Positions 19,486 to 28,555 of a DNA stretch of 40,492 nt are shown here, piece after piece. Both the position numbers and the translations under genes were made by a program. The stretch lies in IMG/VR virus record IMGVR_UViG_2541047891_000004, positions 1 through 40,492 of that record, one strand, 5' to 3'. Numbering within the stretch: the first letter of the stretch is position 1; the number at the start of each line of letters is the position of its first letter. This DNA is from a virus (Duplodnaviria; Heunggongvirae; Uroviricota; Caudoviricetes). The notes below the pieces were generated by a model. The model ran no database searches. It saw only the letters and a list, made by a program, of their open reading frames with translations, and was not told the DNA's origin.

Positions 19486-19507
19486 GGGCCGCTGGTGGCC
19501 CTTTTTT
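19486..19507 (+). terminator. Intrinsic terminator immediately upstream of the holin gene
   Basis: GGGCC-GCTGGT-GGCCC hairpin followed by TTTTTTATTT; holin RBS begins 7 nt later. Confidence 0.65.
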
Positions 19508-19526
19508 ATTTACAGGAGAAAAAAGT

Positions 19527-19919
19527 ATGTCTGAACCCTTATCCGGTTCCGGCACGGCTGTGGCGCTCGGCGGGGCGACGGTATTCGGGCTGTTTACCGG
19601 AACGGATTTCGGGATTGTGTTTGGTGCGTTCGCTGGGGCGTTATTTGTGGCAACGATGCCGCAGGCGCTTTCAGCCTGGCGTGTGGCGGCGCATTTTCTG
19701 GTGTCGTTCATTATCGGCGTGCTGGGCGCAGAGGTTCTGGCATCCTGGCTGGTAAAGCATACAGGGTTTGACGGTGCGCCTGTCGACGCACTGTGTGCAG
19801 TGCTGGTGTCAGTGGTGTCGGTGAAGATTCTCTCGTTCATCCACCAGCAGGATATTGCATCACTGGTGTCCGGCCTGTTCTCCCGTCTGCGGGGTGGAGG
19901 AGGCGGCAATGTTAAGTAA
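19527..19919 (+). CDS. Putative holin / lysis membrane protein (130 aa)
   Basis: AGGAG RBS; Gly-rich protein with several hydrophobic helices; first gene of the lysis cassette. Confidence 0.55.
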   Translation: MSEPLSGSGTAVALGGATVFGLFTGTDFGIVFGAFAGALFVATMPQALSAWRVAAHFLVSFIIGVLGAEVLASWLVKHTGFDGAPVDALCAVLVSVVSVKILSFIHQQDIASLVSGLFSRLRGGGGGNVK

Positions 19920-20187
19920 CATTCCCGGATTGCTGAATGTAGCGTTATGCACGGTTATCGTGCTGACGCTCTTTTTTTATCGTCGCCGTGATTCCAGACA
20001 TAAACCGCTGATGTCATGGCTGGCCTGGCTGCTGATGCTGCTGTATGCCTTTGCGCCCCTCAGCTATCTGTGTGGTCGCCCGTTAGCAACGGGCTGGCTG
20101 GAAGTGCTTTTTAACCTGCTGTTCTGCGTGCTGGTGATACGCGCACGTGGGAACGTCACAAAAATCTTTGTATTACGAAGGCGCTGA
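19909..20187 (+). CDS. Putative holin-associated membrane protein (92 aa)
   Basis: Three hydrophobic segments; overlaps upstream gene and ends 1 nt before the endolysin start. Confidence 0.5.
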   Translation: MLSNIPGLLNVALCTVIVLTLFFYRRRDSRHKPLMSWLAWLLMLLYAFAPLSYLCGRPLATGWLEVLFNLLFCVLVIRARGNVTKIFVLRRR

Positions 20188-20188
20188 T

Positions 20189-20734
20189 ATGAAGTCGAAA
20201 GATGAAATTTTTGACGAAGTTCTGGGAAAAGAGGGCGGTTACGTCAATCACCCGGATGATAAAGGCGGACCGACAAAATGGGGTATTACGGAAAAAGTCG
20301 CCCGCGCTCACGGATATCAGGGCGATATGCGTGACCTGACACGCGAACAGGCGCTGGAAATCCTTGAGGCGGATTACTGGTTCGGACCACGCTTTGATCA
20401 GGTGGCCGCATTATCCTCTGATATTGCTGCAGAGTTGTGTGATACCGGTGTGAATATGGGGCCGTCCGTAGCATCGAAAATGCTCCAACGCTGGCTGAAC
20501 GTTTTCAACCTGCAAGGCAAATTGTTCCCGGATATGGACGCAGACGGGCGTATCGGCCCCCGCACGATTAATGCACTACGGACTTATCTGCAAAAACGTG
20601 GCAAAGACGGCGAACTGGTGATGCTGAAGGCGCTGAATTGCACGCAGGGCGACCGCTATCTGGAGCTGGCAGAAAAACGCGAGGCCAACGAGTCGTTTGT
20701 CTACGGCTGGATGAAAGAGCGCGTAGCAGTTTAA
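20189..20734 (+). CDS. Endolysin, GH108 lysozyme-like domain with C-terminal peptidoglycan-binding domain (181 aa)
   Basis: GH108 signature GKEGGYVNHPDDKGGPTKWGIT near the N-terminus. Confidence 0.8.
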   Translation: MKSKDEIFDEVLGKEGGYVNHPDDKGGPTKWGITEKVARAHGYQGDMRDLTREQALEILEADYWFGPRFDQVAALSSDIAAELCDTGVNMGPSVASKMLQRWLNVFNLQGKLFPDMDADGRIGPRTINALRTYLQKRGKDGELVMLKALNCTQGDRYLELAEKREANESFVYGWMKERVAV

Positions 20735-20838
20735 AAACTGACGCTGAAGTGCTGAACACCCTCAACTCACGCAGGCTCTTTTCTGGGGTTACGATGAGTG
20801 AAAGTAAGGGGTACAGCATCAAGCATCAGATAGCAAAA

Positions 20839-20868
20839 ACCCCGGCTGCTGGAACAGTCCGGGGTTTT
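20839..20868 (+). terminator. Intrinsic terminator after the endolysin
   Basis: CCCCGG-13 nt loop-CCGGGG followed by TTTTT. Confidence 0.6.
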
Positions 20869-20960
20869 TAGTTTTCACGTCAAAGAGGAAATTGTGAGTA
20901 GTGAGTACGGAGAAAATCCTCGTGGGAAAGTATAAAAGATTCTTTTTGAGGTTGTCCATT

Positions 20961-21074
20961 ATGAAAGGTATTGAAGTGGAAACTCCCGCGAGCCTTGATT
21001 TGACAAGGGCTGCGGCCTTTGCAATTCGCCTTGTGGCGGTCGCTGTTCTGATTTGGGCTGTGCGTTGGTGGTGA
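20961..21074 (+). CDS. Possible small membrane peptide (37 aa)
   Basis: MKGIEVETPASLDLTRAAAFAIRLVAVAVLIWAVRWW; stop 1 nt before the lipoprotein start. Confidence 0.3.
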   Translation: MKGIEVETPASLDLTRAAAFAIRLVAVAVLIWAVRWW

Positions 21075-21075
21075 T

Positions 21076-21258
21076 ATGAGCCGAAAACACTGGACACACA
21101 GAATGCCGCGAGCGGCGGCAAAATGGGCACTGGTAGCGATACTGGTGCCTTTTTTATTGGTGGGGTGCGTCAGCCTGGATAAGGCGCGCCAGCTTTTCGA
21201 TACAGCTTCTCAGGTCTGCGAAATTGTTGATAGTGTCCGGCGGTGTATGCAGAACTGA
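21076..21258 (+). CDS. Small lipoprotein (60 aa), possible lysis accessory
   Basis: Positively charged N-region, hydrophobic core WALVAILVPFLLVG, lipobox LVGC; mature part about 30 aa with 3 Cys. Confidence 0.5.
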   Translation: MSRKHWTHRMPRAAAKWALVAILVPFLLVGCVSLDKARQLFDTASQVCEIVDSVRRCMQN

Positions 21259-21431
21259 TCGCCTGTAAGAGCAGAATATTTTGCTGAAAAATGAAGGATG
21301 CGCCAGCGTCCGGAAAGCATGAAATTCTGCTGCATGTGCCAATTTTATCTTATTCATTCTAAATCTTGCCGAATCAAGATGAAATTTGAACAACTGCCCA
21401 GCGGCAAGGGGCATTAAAACAGGAGAAAATT

Positions 21432-21539
21432 ATGTGGAAACCTACAGGTGACAAGTTAATCACCGCGTTGATTGACGGCAAGCCACAATACTTACGCATT
21501 GAAATGAGTGGTCAGCATGCTCGTTTGATTCGTGAGTAA
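21432..21539 (+). CDS. Possible small protein (35 aa)
   Basis: AGGAGA RBS 7 nt upstream; hairpin GCAGCCC/GGGCTGC follows. Confidence 0.3.
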   Translation: MWKPTGDKLITALIDGKPQYLRIEMSGQHARLIRE

Positions 21540-21601
21540 CAGGCATTACAGCAGCCCTTCAGTGTGAGGGGCTGCGATAATGTCAAAGCTCGTTATCATC
21601 A

Positions 21602-21645
21602 CCCGCCGCGCACCCAGCGCACTGGCCGATAGCGGGCTTTTTTAT
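21602..21645 (+). terminator. Putative intrinsic terminator upstream of the ParB-like gene
   Basis: Outer stem CCCGC/GCGGG around inner hairpin CCAG-CGCA-CTGG, followed by CTTTTTTATT. Confidence 0.4.
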
Positions 21646-21662
21646 TCATAAAGCGAGTCTGT

Positions 21663-22454
21663 ATGAGCGAGAAATTGAAGATCGTCTATCGCCCTTTACA
21701 AGAACTGTCTCCGTATGCACACAACGCCAGGACACACAGCACTGAGCAGGTGGCACAACTGGTAGAAAGCATTAAGCAATTCGGCTGGACTAATCCGGTG
21801 CTGATTGATGAAAAGGGCGAAATTATTGCTGGTCACGGTCGCGTTATGGCGGCTGAAGTGCTCAAAATGGATTCCATTCCGGTCATCGTTCTGTCTGGTT
21901 TGATGGATGATCAGAAAAAGGCGTACCGCCTGGCAGATAATCGCCTGCCGATGAATGCTGGCTGGGATGAAGATCTGTTACGGATGGAGCTGTCGGACCT
22001 AATCAATGCTGATTTTGATGTCTCCCTGACAGGCTTCAGCCCGACAGAAATTGATGAACTGTTGACGGATGTTTTGCCCGGTACAGAAAATGAGGAGGAG
22101 CCGTATACGACGAAAATTGATACACCTGTTTATGAGCCGTCAGGCGATAAACCGGATATCGGCGAACTGTACGACGATACGAAAACTCAGGAGCTGGTCA
22201 GCCGGATACGTTCGGCGTCCCTTGATCCTGATATCGAAAAATTCCTCCTGTGTGCGGCAGAACGCCACACAGTGTTTAATTTCAGCAGAATTGCGGACTA
22301 TTACGCTCACGCCCCCGCTGAAATTCAGTGTTTTTTCGAGGAGTCGGCACTGGTGATCATTGATTATCAGCAGGCTATTGAAAATGGATTTGTCCGGATG
22401 ACGCAGCGCATGGTGGAGATCATGCATGGTGGTGAGGAGGAGGAATATGCGTGA
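21663..22454 (+). CDS. ParB-like nuclease domain protein (263 aa)
   Basis: N-terminal ParB/Srx signature including IIAGHGR; C-terminal 150 aa unassigned. Confidence 0.7.
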   Translation: MSEKLKIVYRPLQELSPYAHNARTHSTEQVAQLVESIKQFGWTNPVLIDEKGEIIAGHGRVMAAEVLKMDSIPVIVLSGLMDDQKKAYRLADNRLPMNAGWDEDLLRMELSDLINADFDVSLTGFSPTEIDELLTDVLPGTENEEEPYTTKIDTPVYEPSGDKPDIGELYDDTKTQELVSRIRSASLDPDIEKFLLCAAERHTVFNFSRIADYYAHAPAEIQCFFEESALVIIDYQQAIENGFVRMTQRMVEIMHGGEEEEYA

Positions 22455-23379
22455 TGATTTTTGCGCCTTTATTCTGACTCACGGGCGACCGGACAAAGTT
22501 CTGACTTACCGGACGTTGCGTCGTGCTGGCTATACCGGGAAAATTTTTATCGTTGTTGATGATGAAGATAAGACACGGCATCAGTACATGGCTGAATTTG
22601 GTGAACAGGTGCTGGTGTTTTCCAAAGCCGATATCGCCAGTCGTTTTGACGAAGCCGATAATTTCTGTGACCGCCGCTCAATTTTTTACGCCCGTAATGC
22701 CTGTTTCGACCTGGCAAAACTGGTCGGGTGTAAATACTTCATTCAGCTCGATGATGATTATCACGAGTTTCAGTTTCGGGTGGATCGCAACTATGACCAG
22801 GCCTATTTTCCGATAAGGAAACTGGATGCGATCCTTTCTGAAATGCTGGCGTATTACGAATCAATACCTGCTCTTTCCATCGCTATGTCGCAGGGCGGGG
22901 ATTTTCTTGGTGACAATGGCGGCCATGCTTCATGGGTGAAACGCAAGGCAATGAACAGCTTTATCTGTTCGGTCGAGCGACCGTTCTCATTCATGGGGCG
23001 CATTAACGAGGATGTGAATACGTACACGAATCTCGGTCGCCGTGGTGAATTGTTTATGACGATCGGTGCTGTCCAGTTAGGGCAGAAACAGACGCAGAAA
23101 AACAGCGGCGGAATGACCGAGCTGTATCTGGATTCCGGAACCTACGTTAAAAGTTTTTACTCCGTCATGTATGCGCCGTCGTGCGTAAAAATCTCACTGA
23201 TGGGTGCCAGCCATAAACGCATTCACCATCAGGTCACCTGGAACAACGCTGCAGTAAAAATCCTTCACGAAAAATACAGGAAGAAGACACCCTGCATATC
23301 AATGGGGGTGACAAATGATTCCGTATTCGAAAGTCGAGTCTCTGGCAGCGTGCCGGATGACTGCACAACAAATAGCTGA
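22447..23379 (+). CDS. GT-A fold (family 2-like) glycosyltransferase-like protein, apparently soluble (310 aa)
   Basis: AFILTHGRPD and KIFIVVDDED N-terminal strands, then FYARNACFDLAKLVGCKYFIQLDDDY (ARN...DxD); GAGGAGGAGG RBS; 8-nt overlap with ParB-like gene. Confidence 0.55.
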   Translation: MRDDFCAFILTHGRPDKVLTYRTLRRAGYTGKIFIVVDDEDKTRHQYMAEFGEQVLVFSKADIASRFDEADNFCDRRSIFYARNACFDLAKLVGCKYFIQLDDDYHEFQFRVDRNYDQAYFPIRKLDAILSEMLAYYESIPALSIAMSQGGDFLGDNGGHASWVKRKAMNSFICSVERPFSFMGRINEDVNTYTNLGRRGELFMTIGAVQLGQKQTQKNSGGMTELYLDSGTYVKSFYSVMYAPSCVKISLMGASHKRIHHQVTWNNAAVKILHEKYRKKTPCISMGVTNDSVFESRVSGSVPDDCTTNS

Positions 23380-23566
23380 CGTTCTGGATGTTGATCTGAA
23401 CCGACTGAAAGAAAATCGGGAAGCAATGACAAATTTTTATGCGTCCATCCGTAAGGGCAGAGCGAAAGGTGAAGCCGAGCTACGGGCGGCATTGTTTAAG
23501 CTTGCCAGAAAAGGGGATGCCTTTGCCCTGCGCGAACTACTCAGGGTGGATAAAAATCAGGACTAA
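23315..23566 (+). CDS. Small putative DNA-binding protein (83 aa)
   Basis: ORF overlapping the 3' end of the GT-like gene and ending 4 nt before terS; start uncertain. Confidence 0.4.
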   Translation: MIPYSKVESLAACRMTAQQIADVLDVDLNRLKENREAMTNFYASIRKGRAKGEAELRAALFKLARKGDAFALRELLRVDKNQD

Positions 23567-23569
23567 CTG

Positions 23570-24664
23570 ATGAGCAGACCGGACTGGGGGGCGTTGCAGC
23601 AGGAGTATATTGCTGAATACACCCGCTCCGGTATATCTCCGGTGGCATGGTGTGAAGCAAGGGGACTGAATTACGCAACAGCCCGTCGTTACATCAAAAA
23701 ACCTCCGAAAAATGCGCAGACAGAAATGCGCAAAACTGCGCAAAAAAGTGCGCAGAAAAAATCTGCGCAGACTGCGCAAAAGCGGAACGGAAAATCTCAG
23801 ATAAAAAAGTCAGTATCCGATGCGTGCCTGAATGAGGGCGACGCAGAGGAAATTTCATTCTGTCCCGATGAATTCGGCATTTCTGACCAGCAGGCTAAGT
23901 TTGCGATGCTGGTTGCTCAGGGGAAAAAGCCGACAGAGGCATACCGACTGGCTGGTTATGAGGGGCAAGGTGCGACAGCTAACAGCAACGCCAGCCGTAT
24001 GCTTAGAAATGCCAGGGTTTATCGTGCCATTAGCTACTTCCGCAATCAGTACCAGAAACGCTATACCGCAGACCTGGATTTACTGGTGAGCCAGTTGATG
24101 GCTATTGTCCAGGCCGACCCCAATCAGTTGGCACAATTTCGCCGTGTTAACTGCCGTTATTGCTGGGGCGAGAATCATCTCTACCAGTGGCGTGATATAG
24201 CAGAATTCGACAAGGCAGCGGCGCAGGCTTCCAGAGATGGCAAACCCGAACCGGAATATGGAGGCCTCGGCTTTGTTGATAACGCCATACCCAATCCGGA
24301 CTGCCCGAAGTGCTGCGGTGAGGGAACGGGACAGCTTTATATGGCTGATACCACTCTGCTTGATGGGGATGCGCGGCAATTATATGCAGGGGCAAAACTC
24401 GGAAAATTCGGCGTTGAGATCCTGCTAGAGGATAAGGCTGCCGCCCGGCGTGAATTGTTGCGTTTGCTTTCTGCTGGCGGGGCTTTATGTGCAGATAAGC
24501 GGCTACAGGAACTGGAAATTGAACGACGCAGAATGGAAAACCAGAAGCTGCGCAAAGAGATCGAAACGGTGGAAGATAATGAACATCCCCAGCCTGTGGC
24601 GATCAATATTAATGTGGTTGATGCCAGAGTAAGGAGTGATGAAGATGATCTCTCCGACGCTTAA
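23570..24664 (+). CDS. Terminase small subunit (364 aa)
   Basis: N-terminal HTH and Terminase_2-like segment FGISDQQAKFAMLVAQGKKPTEAYRLAGY; directly upstream of and overlapping terL. Confidence 0.7.
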   Translation: MSRPDWGALQQEYIAEYTRSGISPVAWCEARGLNYATARRYIKKPPKNAQTEMRKTAQKSAQKKSAQTAQKRNGKSQIKKSVSDACLNEGDAEEISFCPDEFGISDQQAKFAMLVAQGKKPTEAYRLAGYEGQGATANSNASRMLRNARVYRAISYFRNQYQKRYTADLDLLVSQLMAIVQADPNQLAQFRRVNCRYCWGENHLYQWRDIAEFDKAAAQASRDGKPEPEYGGLGFVDNAIPNPDCPKCCGEGTGQLYMADTTLLDGDARQLYAGAKLGKFGVEILLEDKAAARRELLRLLSAGGALCADKRLQELEIERRRMENQKLRKEIETVEDNEHPQPVAININVVDARVRSDEDDLSDA

Positions 24665-25946
24665 TGTGCCTCAGGCGCGATTTCTTTCAATGCCCCATAA
24701 ATTTAAAGCCTATATTGCTGGTTTTGGCTCGGGCAAAACATGGGTTGGGTGTGGCGGCATATGCAAGGGGATTTGGGAGCATCCAGGTATAAATCAGGGA
24801 TATTTTGCGCCAACGTATCCCCAAATTCGCGATATTTTTTACCCTACAGTGGAAGAAGTTGCTGCTGACTGGGGATTGAACGTAAAAATTAATGAGGGAA
24901 ATAAAGAGGTTCACTTTTATTACGGACGCCAGTATCGGGGAACCACTATCTGCAGATCGATGGAGAAGCCACAAACGATCGTCGGTTTCAAAATTGGTAA
25001 TGCGCTGGTGGATGAACTGGACATTTTGCCGAAGGAAAAAGCCAGAACGGCGTGGCGCAAGATAATTGCGCGTATGCGTTATAAGATTGATGGACTTCGC
25101 AACGGTATTGACGTTACAACCACGCCGGAAGGATTCAAATTTGTCTACGAGCAGTTTGTTAAAGCCGTGCGTGAAAAAACAGAGCTGGCCTCACTGTATG
25201 GTCTGGTGCAGGCATCTACTTTCGATAATGAAAAGAACCTGCCAGCAGATTACATTCCTTCGCTTCTTGAATCATACCCTCCAGAGCTGATTAAAGCCTA
25301 TCTTCGAGGACAGTTTACTAACCTGACAAGTGGTACTGTTTACCATCAGTTTGACCGGAAACTGAATAATTGCGAAGAAGTGGAGCAGCCAGGGGAGCCG
25401 ATTTATATTGGGATGGATTTTAACGTTGGAAAGATGGCGGGGATCGTCCATGTGCTGCGTTTGGGGCTTCCATGTGCGGTAACTGAAATCATCAATGCCT
25501 ACGATACGCCGGATATGATCCGCATCATTAAAGAACGCTTCTGGCTGTATGACGGGAATGATTACCGGAAAGTGAGGGAGATTTATATTTATCCAGATGC
25601 TTCCGGAGATTCCAGAAAATCAAGTAACGCAAGTACGACGGATATAGCCCAGCTTAAGCAGGCTGGTTTTAACGTTGTGGTGAACAGCTCGAACCCGCCA
25701 GTAAAAGATCGCGTTAACTCAATGAATGCAATGTTCTGCAATGCCAATGGTGAGCGTCGCTATAAAGTTAATGTGAAGCGTTGTCCGGTATATGCCGAAT
25801 CTCTGGAGCAACAGGTCTGGGATGATAAGGGGGAGCCTGATAAAAAATCTGGCAATGATCACCCGAATGATGCCGGAGGTTATTTCATCGTTAAGCAATT
25901 CCCTATTGTCAAACCGACCGGAAGAGTCACATCACTTCGGATTTAA
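24636..25946 (+). CDS. Terminase large subunit (436 aa)
   Basis: Walker A AGFGSGKT; C-terminal nuclease-like acidic residues; position before portal. Confidence 0.85.
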   Translation: MMKMISPTLNVPQARFLSMPHKFKAYIAGFGSGKTWVGCGGICKGIWEHPGINQGYFAPTYPQIRDIFYPTVEEVAADWGLNVKINEGNKEVHFYYGRQYRGTTICRSMEKPQTIVGFKIGNALVDELDILPKEKARTAWRKIIARMRYKIDGLRNGIDVTTTPEGFKFVYEQFVKAVREKTELASLYGLVQASTFDNEKNLPADYIPSLLESYPPELIKAYLRGQFTNLTSGTVYHQFDRKLNNCEEVEQPGEPIYIGMDFNVGKMAGIVHVLRLGLPCAVTEIINAYDTPDMIRIIKERFWLYDGNDYRKVREIYIYPDASGDSRKSSNASTTDIAQLKQAGFNVVVNSSNPPVKDRVNSMNAMFCNANGERRYKVNVKRCPVYAESLEQQVWDDKGEPDKKSGNDHPNDAGGYFIVKQFPIVKPTGRVTSLRI

Positions 25947-25948
25947 TT

Positions 25949-27355
25949 ATGGCTGATATATCAACACCCAACCTCGACTATAACGATATGCTGGAGGCGT
26001 GGGATATTAACGACGCATTGATGGGCGGTACGCTTGAAATGCGCAGGCAGGGGGAAAATTATCTCCCCAAATGGCCTAATGAAGATGAAGACGCTTATAA
26101 AAAACGCCTGTCTGTGGCTACGCTACTTCCTGTGTATGAAGAAAGCATCAAACAAAATATTGGGCGCATATTTGCAGAGCCGACAGTATTGAGTGAGGAA
26201 ACGCCGGAAAAAATCAGGGAATATGCAGAAAATATCGACATGGAGGGGAGCCGACTGGATGTGTGGGCGCAGCAATTTTTCAGTCTCGCATTTCAGTATG
26301 GTGTGGCACATGCGCTGGTGGACTATCCACGAACGGATATGAAAGAGATTCGGACAAAAGCCGATGAAAACGCGGCCGGTGGTCGCCCGTACGTTACGAT
26401 GCTGAATCCACGCCAGGTTATTGGATGGAAATCGAAAGTTGAAAAAGGGAAAGTTGTTCTCACTGATTTGCGTATAAAAGAGGTCATCATTATTGATGGT
26501 GATGATTTCGGGCAGAAGAAGGTGGAGCAGATCCGCCATATTATGCCCCGTCGAGTTGAAATTTATCGACGCAGCGAAGGTACTAATGGCGAATCTGTCT
26601 GGACGCTTCATGAGTCATGGAATACCAGCCGTGATGATATTCCTCTGGTAACACTGTATACGAAGAAAACAGGGTTTATGCGTGGTACACCGCCATTGCT
26701 TAATCTTGGCTTGCTGAATATCAAGCACTGGCAAAGCCAGAGCGAGCAGGACAATATTCTTCATGTTGCCCGCGTTCCATTGCTGGTGGCCTACGGGCTG
26801 GACAGGAATGAAGAACTGACGGTTGGTGCATCCACCGCTACGATTTTTGAGGACAGAACAAAAAATGGCCTCGAATATGTTGAACATAGTGGCGCAGCGA
26901 TAGAATCTGGCGAAACATCACTTGAGAAGCTGGAAAATCAGATGCGTCATGCCGGCGCTAAACTTCTGCGGGCTGAAAATACATCCACCAAATCTGTTGA
27001 TCAGACTAATGAAGAGCGGATGCAGGAACACTCGCCGCTTTATACAATGGCGAACTCCCTCGAAGATGCCCTCGATAATATTCTCCAGATAATGGCGGAA
27101 TGGAGCGGAGAGAGTTGCGGTGGCAATGTGGATGTGCGCACTGAACTGGATGTATCTGCCCAGGTGTTTGACTCATCCTCCGCGCTGGCTGTTCAGTCAT
27201 TGCGTCAGGGCGGTGATATACGTCAGATTGATGCGGTTCGGGTGTTGCAGGCGTTGAAATTTATCGATCAGGATTCCCGTCCAGAGGAAGTGATCGATGA
27301 ATTAAAAAATCAGAGTGTAATGCTGATGGAAATCAATGATGCAAACCGTGAATGA
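25949..27355 (+). CDS. Portal protein (468 aa)
   Basis: Size and position immediately after terL. Confidence 0.75.
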   Translation: MADISTPNLDYNDMLEAWDINDALMGGTLEMRRQGENYLPKWPNEDEDAYKKRLSVATLLPVYEESIKQNIGRIFAEPTVLSEETPEKIREYAENIDMEGSRLDVWAQQFFSLAFQYGVAHALVDYPRTDMKEIRTKADENAAGGRPYVTMLNPRQVIGWKSKVEKGKVVLTDLRIKEVIIIDGDDFGQKKVEQIRHIMPRRVEIYRRSEGTNGESVWTLHESWNTSRDDIPLVTLYTKKTGFMRGTPPLLNLGLLNIKHWQSQSEQDNILHVARVPLLVAYGLDRNEELTVGASTATIFEDRTKNGLEYVEHSGAAIESGETSLEKLENQMRHAGAKLLRAENTSTKSVDQTNEERMQEHSPLYTMANSLEDALDNILQIMAEWSGESCGGNVDVRTELDVSAQVFDSSSALAVQSLRQGGDIRQIDAVRVLQALKFIDQDSRPEEVIDELKNQSVMLMEINDANRE

Positions 27356-28451
27356 ACGGCTGCGTGATGAATCAATTGCTCATGCAGTCTGGATATCCCG
27401 CTATAGCACTGGTGTGGCTGCCAGAATGGTGAAAATACTGAATGACAGCGATGCGGAGCTTACAGCTCGCCTGCTGGTAGCACTGGACAGCCTCGATCCT
27501 GGTAGTTTTACCGTTACGCGCCTGGAGTCACTTCTGGCGAGTGTCAGAGAAGTTAACCGCGCTGCTATTAACAGCATGTTTACCAGTCTCTCCGGAGAGC
27601 TGAACGAGCTGGCAATTTATGAGGCTGGTTATCAGTTAAGTCTGTTTGATTCTCTGCTACCTGATTTTGTTGCTGATGTTCACCCTCTGGTTGGTATCTC
27701 TTCTGATGCACTTTACGCCGCTGCAATGGCGCGACCATTCCAGGGACGACTGCTCAGTGAGTGGGCCTCAGATCTTGAGGCGGATCGGCTCAGACGCATA
27801 ACAAATACGGTGCGTCAGGGTTTTTTGCTGGGGGATACCAATGAGCAGATCGCAAGAAAAATTCGGGGACATGTCAGTAAGGGATTTCAGGATGGTGCAT
27901 TGCAGATGAGCCGGGCTAATGCGGCCAGCATTGCAAAAACAGCGGTTGGACATCTTGCTGCTACTGCTCGTGAGAGTTTTGCACGCGCGAATAATGATTT
28001 GATTAAGGGTAAGCAATGGTTATCAACGCTTGATAATCGTACTACGCCACAATGTCGAATCAGGGATCGCCTCAAATATACGCTGGATAATAAACCTGTA
28101 GGTCACAGCGTGCCTTATTTGCAGGGGCCGGGAAAAATTCATTTCTGCTGCCGCTCAACGGAAACGTTCATTCTGAAATCAGCGAAGGAACTGGGTATTG
28201 ATGTTCGTGATATTTCCCCGGCTGAGCGGGCCAGCATGGATGGCGTGGTGGCCGGAGATACAACCTACAGGGAATGGTTTTTGCGCCAGCCTTACACCAG
28301 ACAAAAACAGATTGTGGGGGAAACCCGGGCAAAGCTGATTCGGGATGGCGGTATGTCGCCAGATGAATTTTACACCGATAAAGGCGAATGGCTGACACTG
28401 AAGCAACTCCGAGAGCGTGATGCACAGGCATTCAGAAAAGCAGGGATTTAA
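27336..28451 (+). CDS. Head morphogenesis / minor head protein (SPP1 gp7 / Mu F-like, 371 aa)
   Basis: Position after portal with overlapping start; family guessed from sequence character. Confidence 0.65.
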   Translation: MMQTVNERLRDESIAHAVWISRYSTGVAARMVKILNDSDAELTARLLVALDSLDPGSFTVTRLESLLASVREVNRAAINSMFTSLSGELNELAIYEAGYQLSLFDSLLPDFVADVHPLVGISSDALYAAAMARPFQGRLLSEWASDLEADRLRRITNTVRQGFLLGDTNEQIARKIRGHVSKGFQDGALQMSRANAASIAKTAVGHLAATARESFARANNDLIKGKQWLSTLDNRTTPQCRIRDRLKYTLDNKPVGHSVPYLQGPGKIHFCCRSTETFILKSAKELGIDVRDISPAERASMDGVVAGDTTYREWFLRQPYTRQKQIVGETRAKLIRDGGMSPDEFYTDKGEWLTLKQLRERDAQAFRKAGI

Positions 28452-28470
28452 ATAAATCATTTATTACAAC

Positions 28471-28496
28471 AGGCTACCTTCGGGGGGCCTTTTTTA
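28471..28496 (+). terminator. Putative hairpin/terminator before the scaffold gene
   Basis: AGGCTACC-TTCG-GGGGGCCT imperfect stem followed by TTTTTT. Confidence 0.4.
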
Positions 28497-28555
28497 TTGC
28501 TGCGATCCGGATGGTGAGCAGCGCAACTGTCGGAAGACTTAAACCAGGTACTAAT

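Noticed and set aside
18771-19526. Possible toxin (stx-like) or other cargo genes between the tRNAs and the holin
   Set aside because: No plus-strand ORF of meaningful length with an RBS; only peptides under 30 codons; treated as noncoding
19424-19909. 161-aa minus-strand ORF, Pro/Arg-rich
   Set aside because: Lies antisense to the holin gene in a GC-rich region, has no RBS and a low-complexity composition; an antisense artefact
20638-20871. 77-aa plus-strand ORF overlapping the endolysin 3' end
   Set aside because: Out of frame within the endolysin and running into the terminator hairpin; no independent start signal
21154-21414. 86-aa minus-strand ORF
   Set aside because: Overlaps the plus-strand lipoprotein gene on the opposite strand and opposes the late operon direction; no RBS
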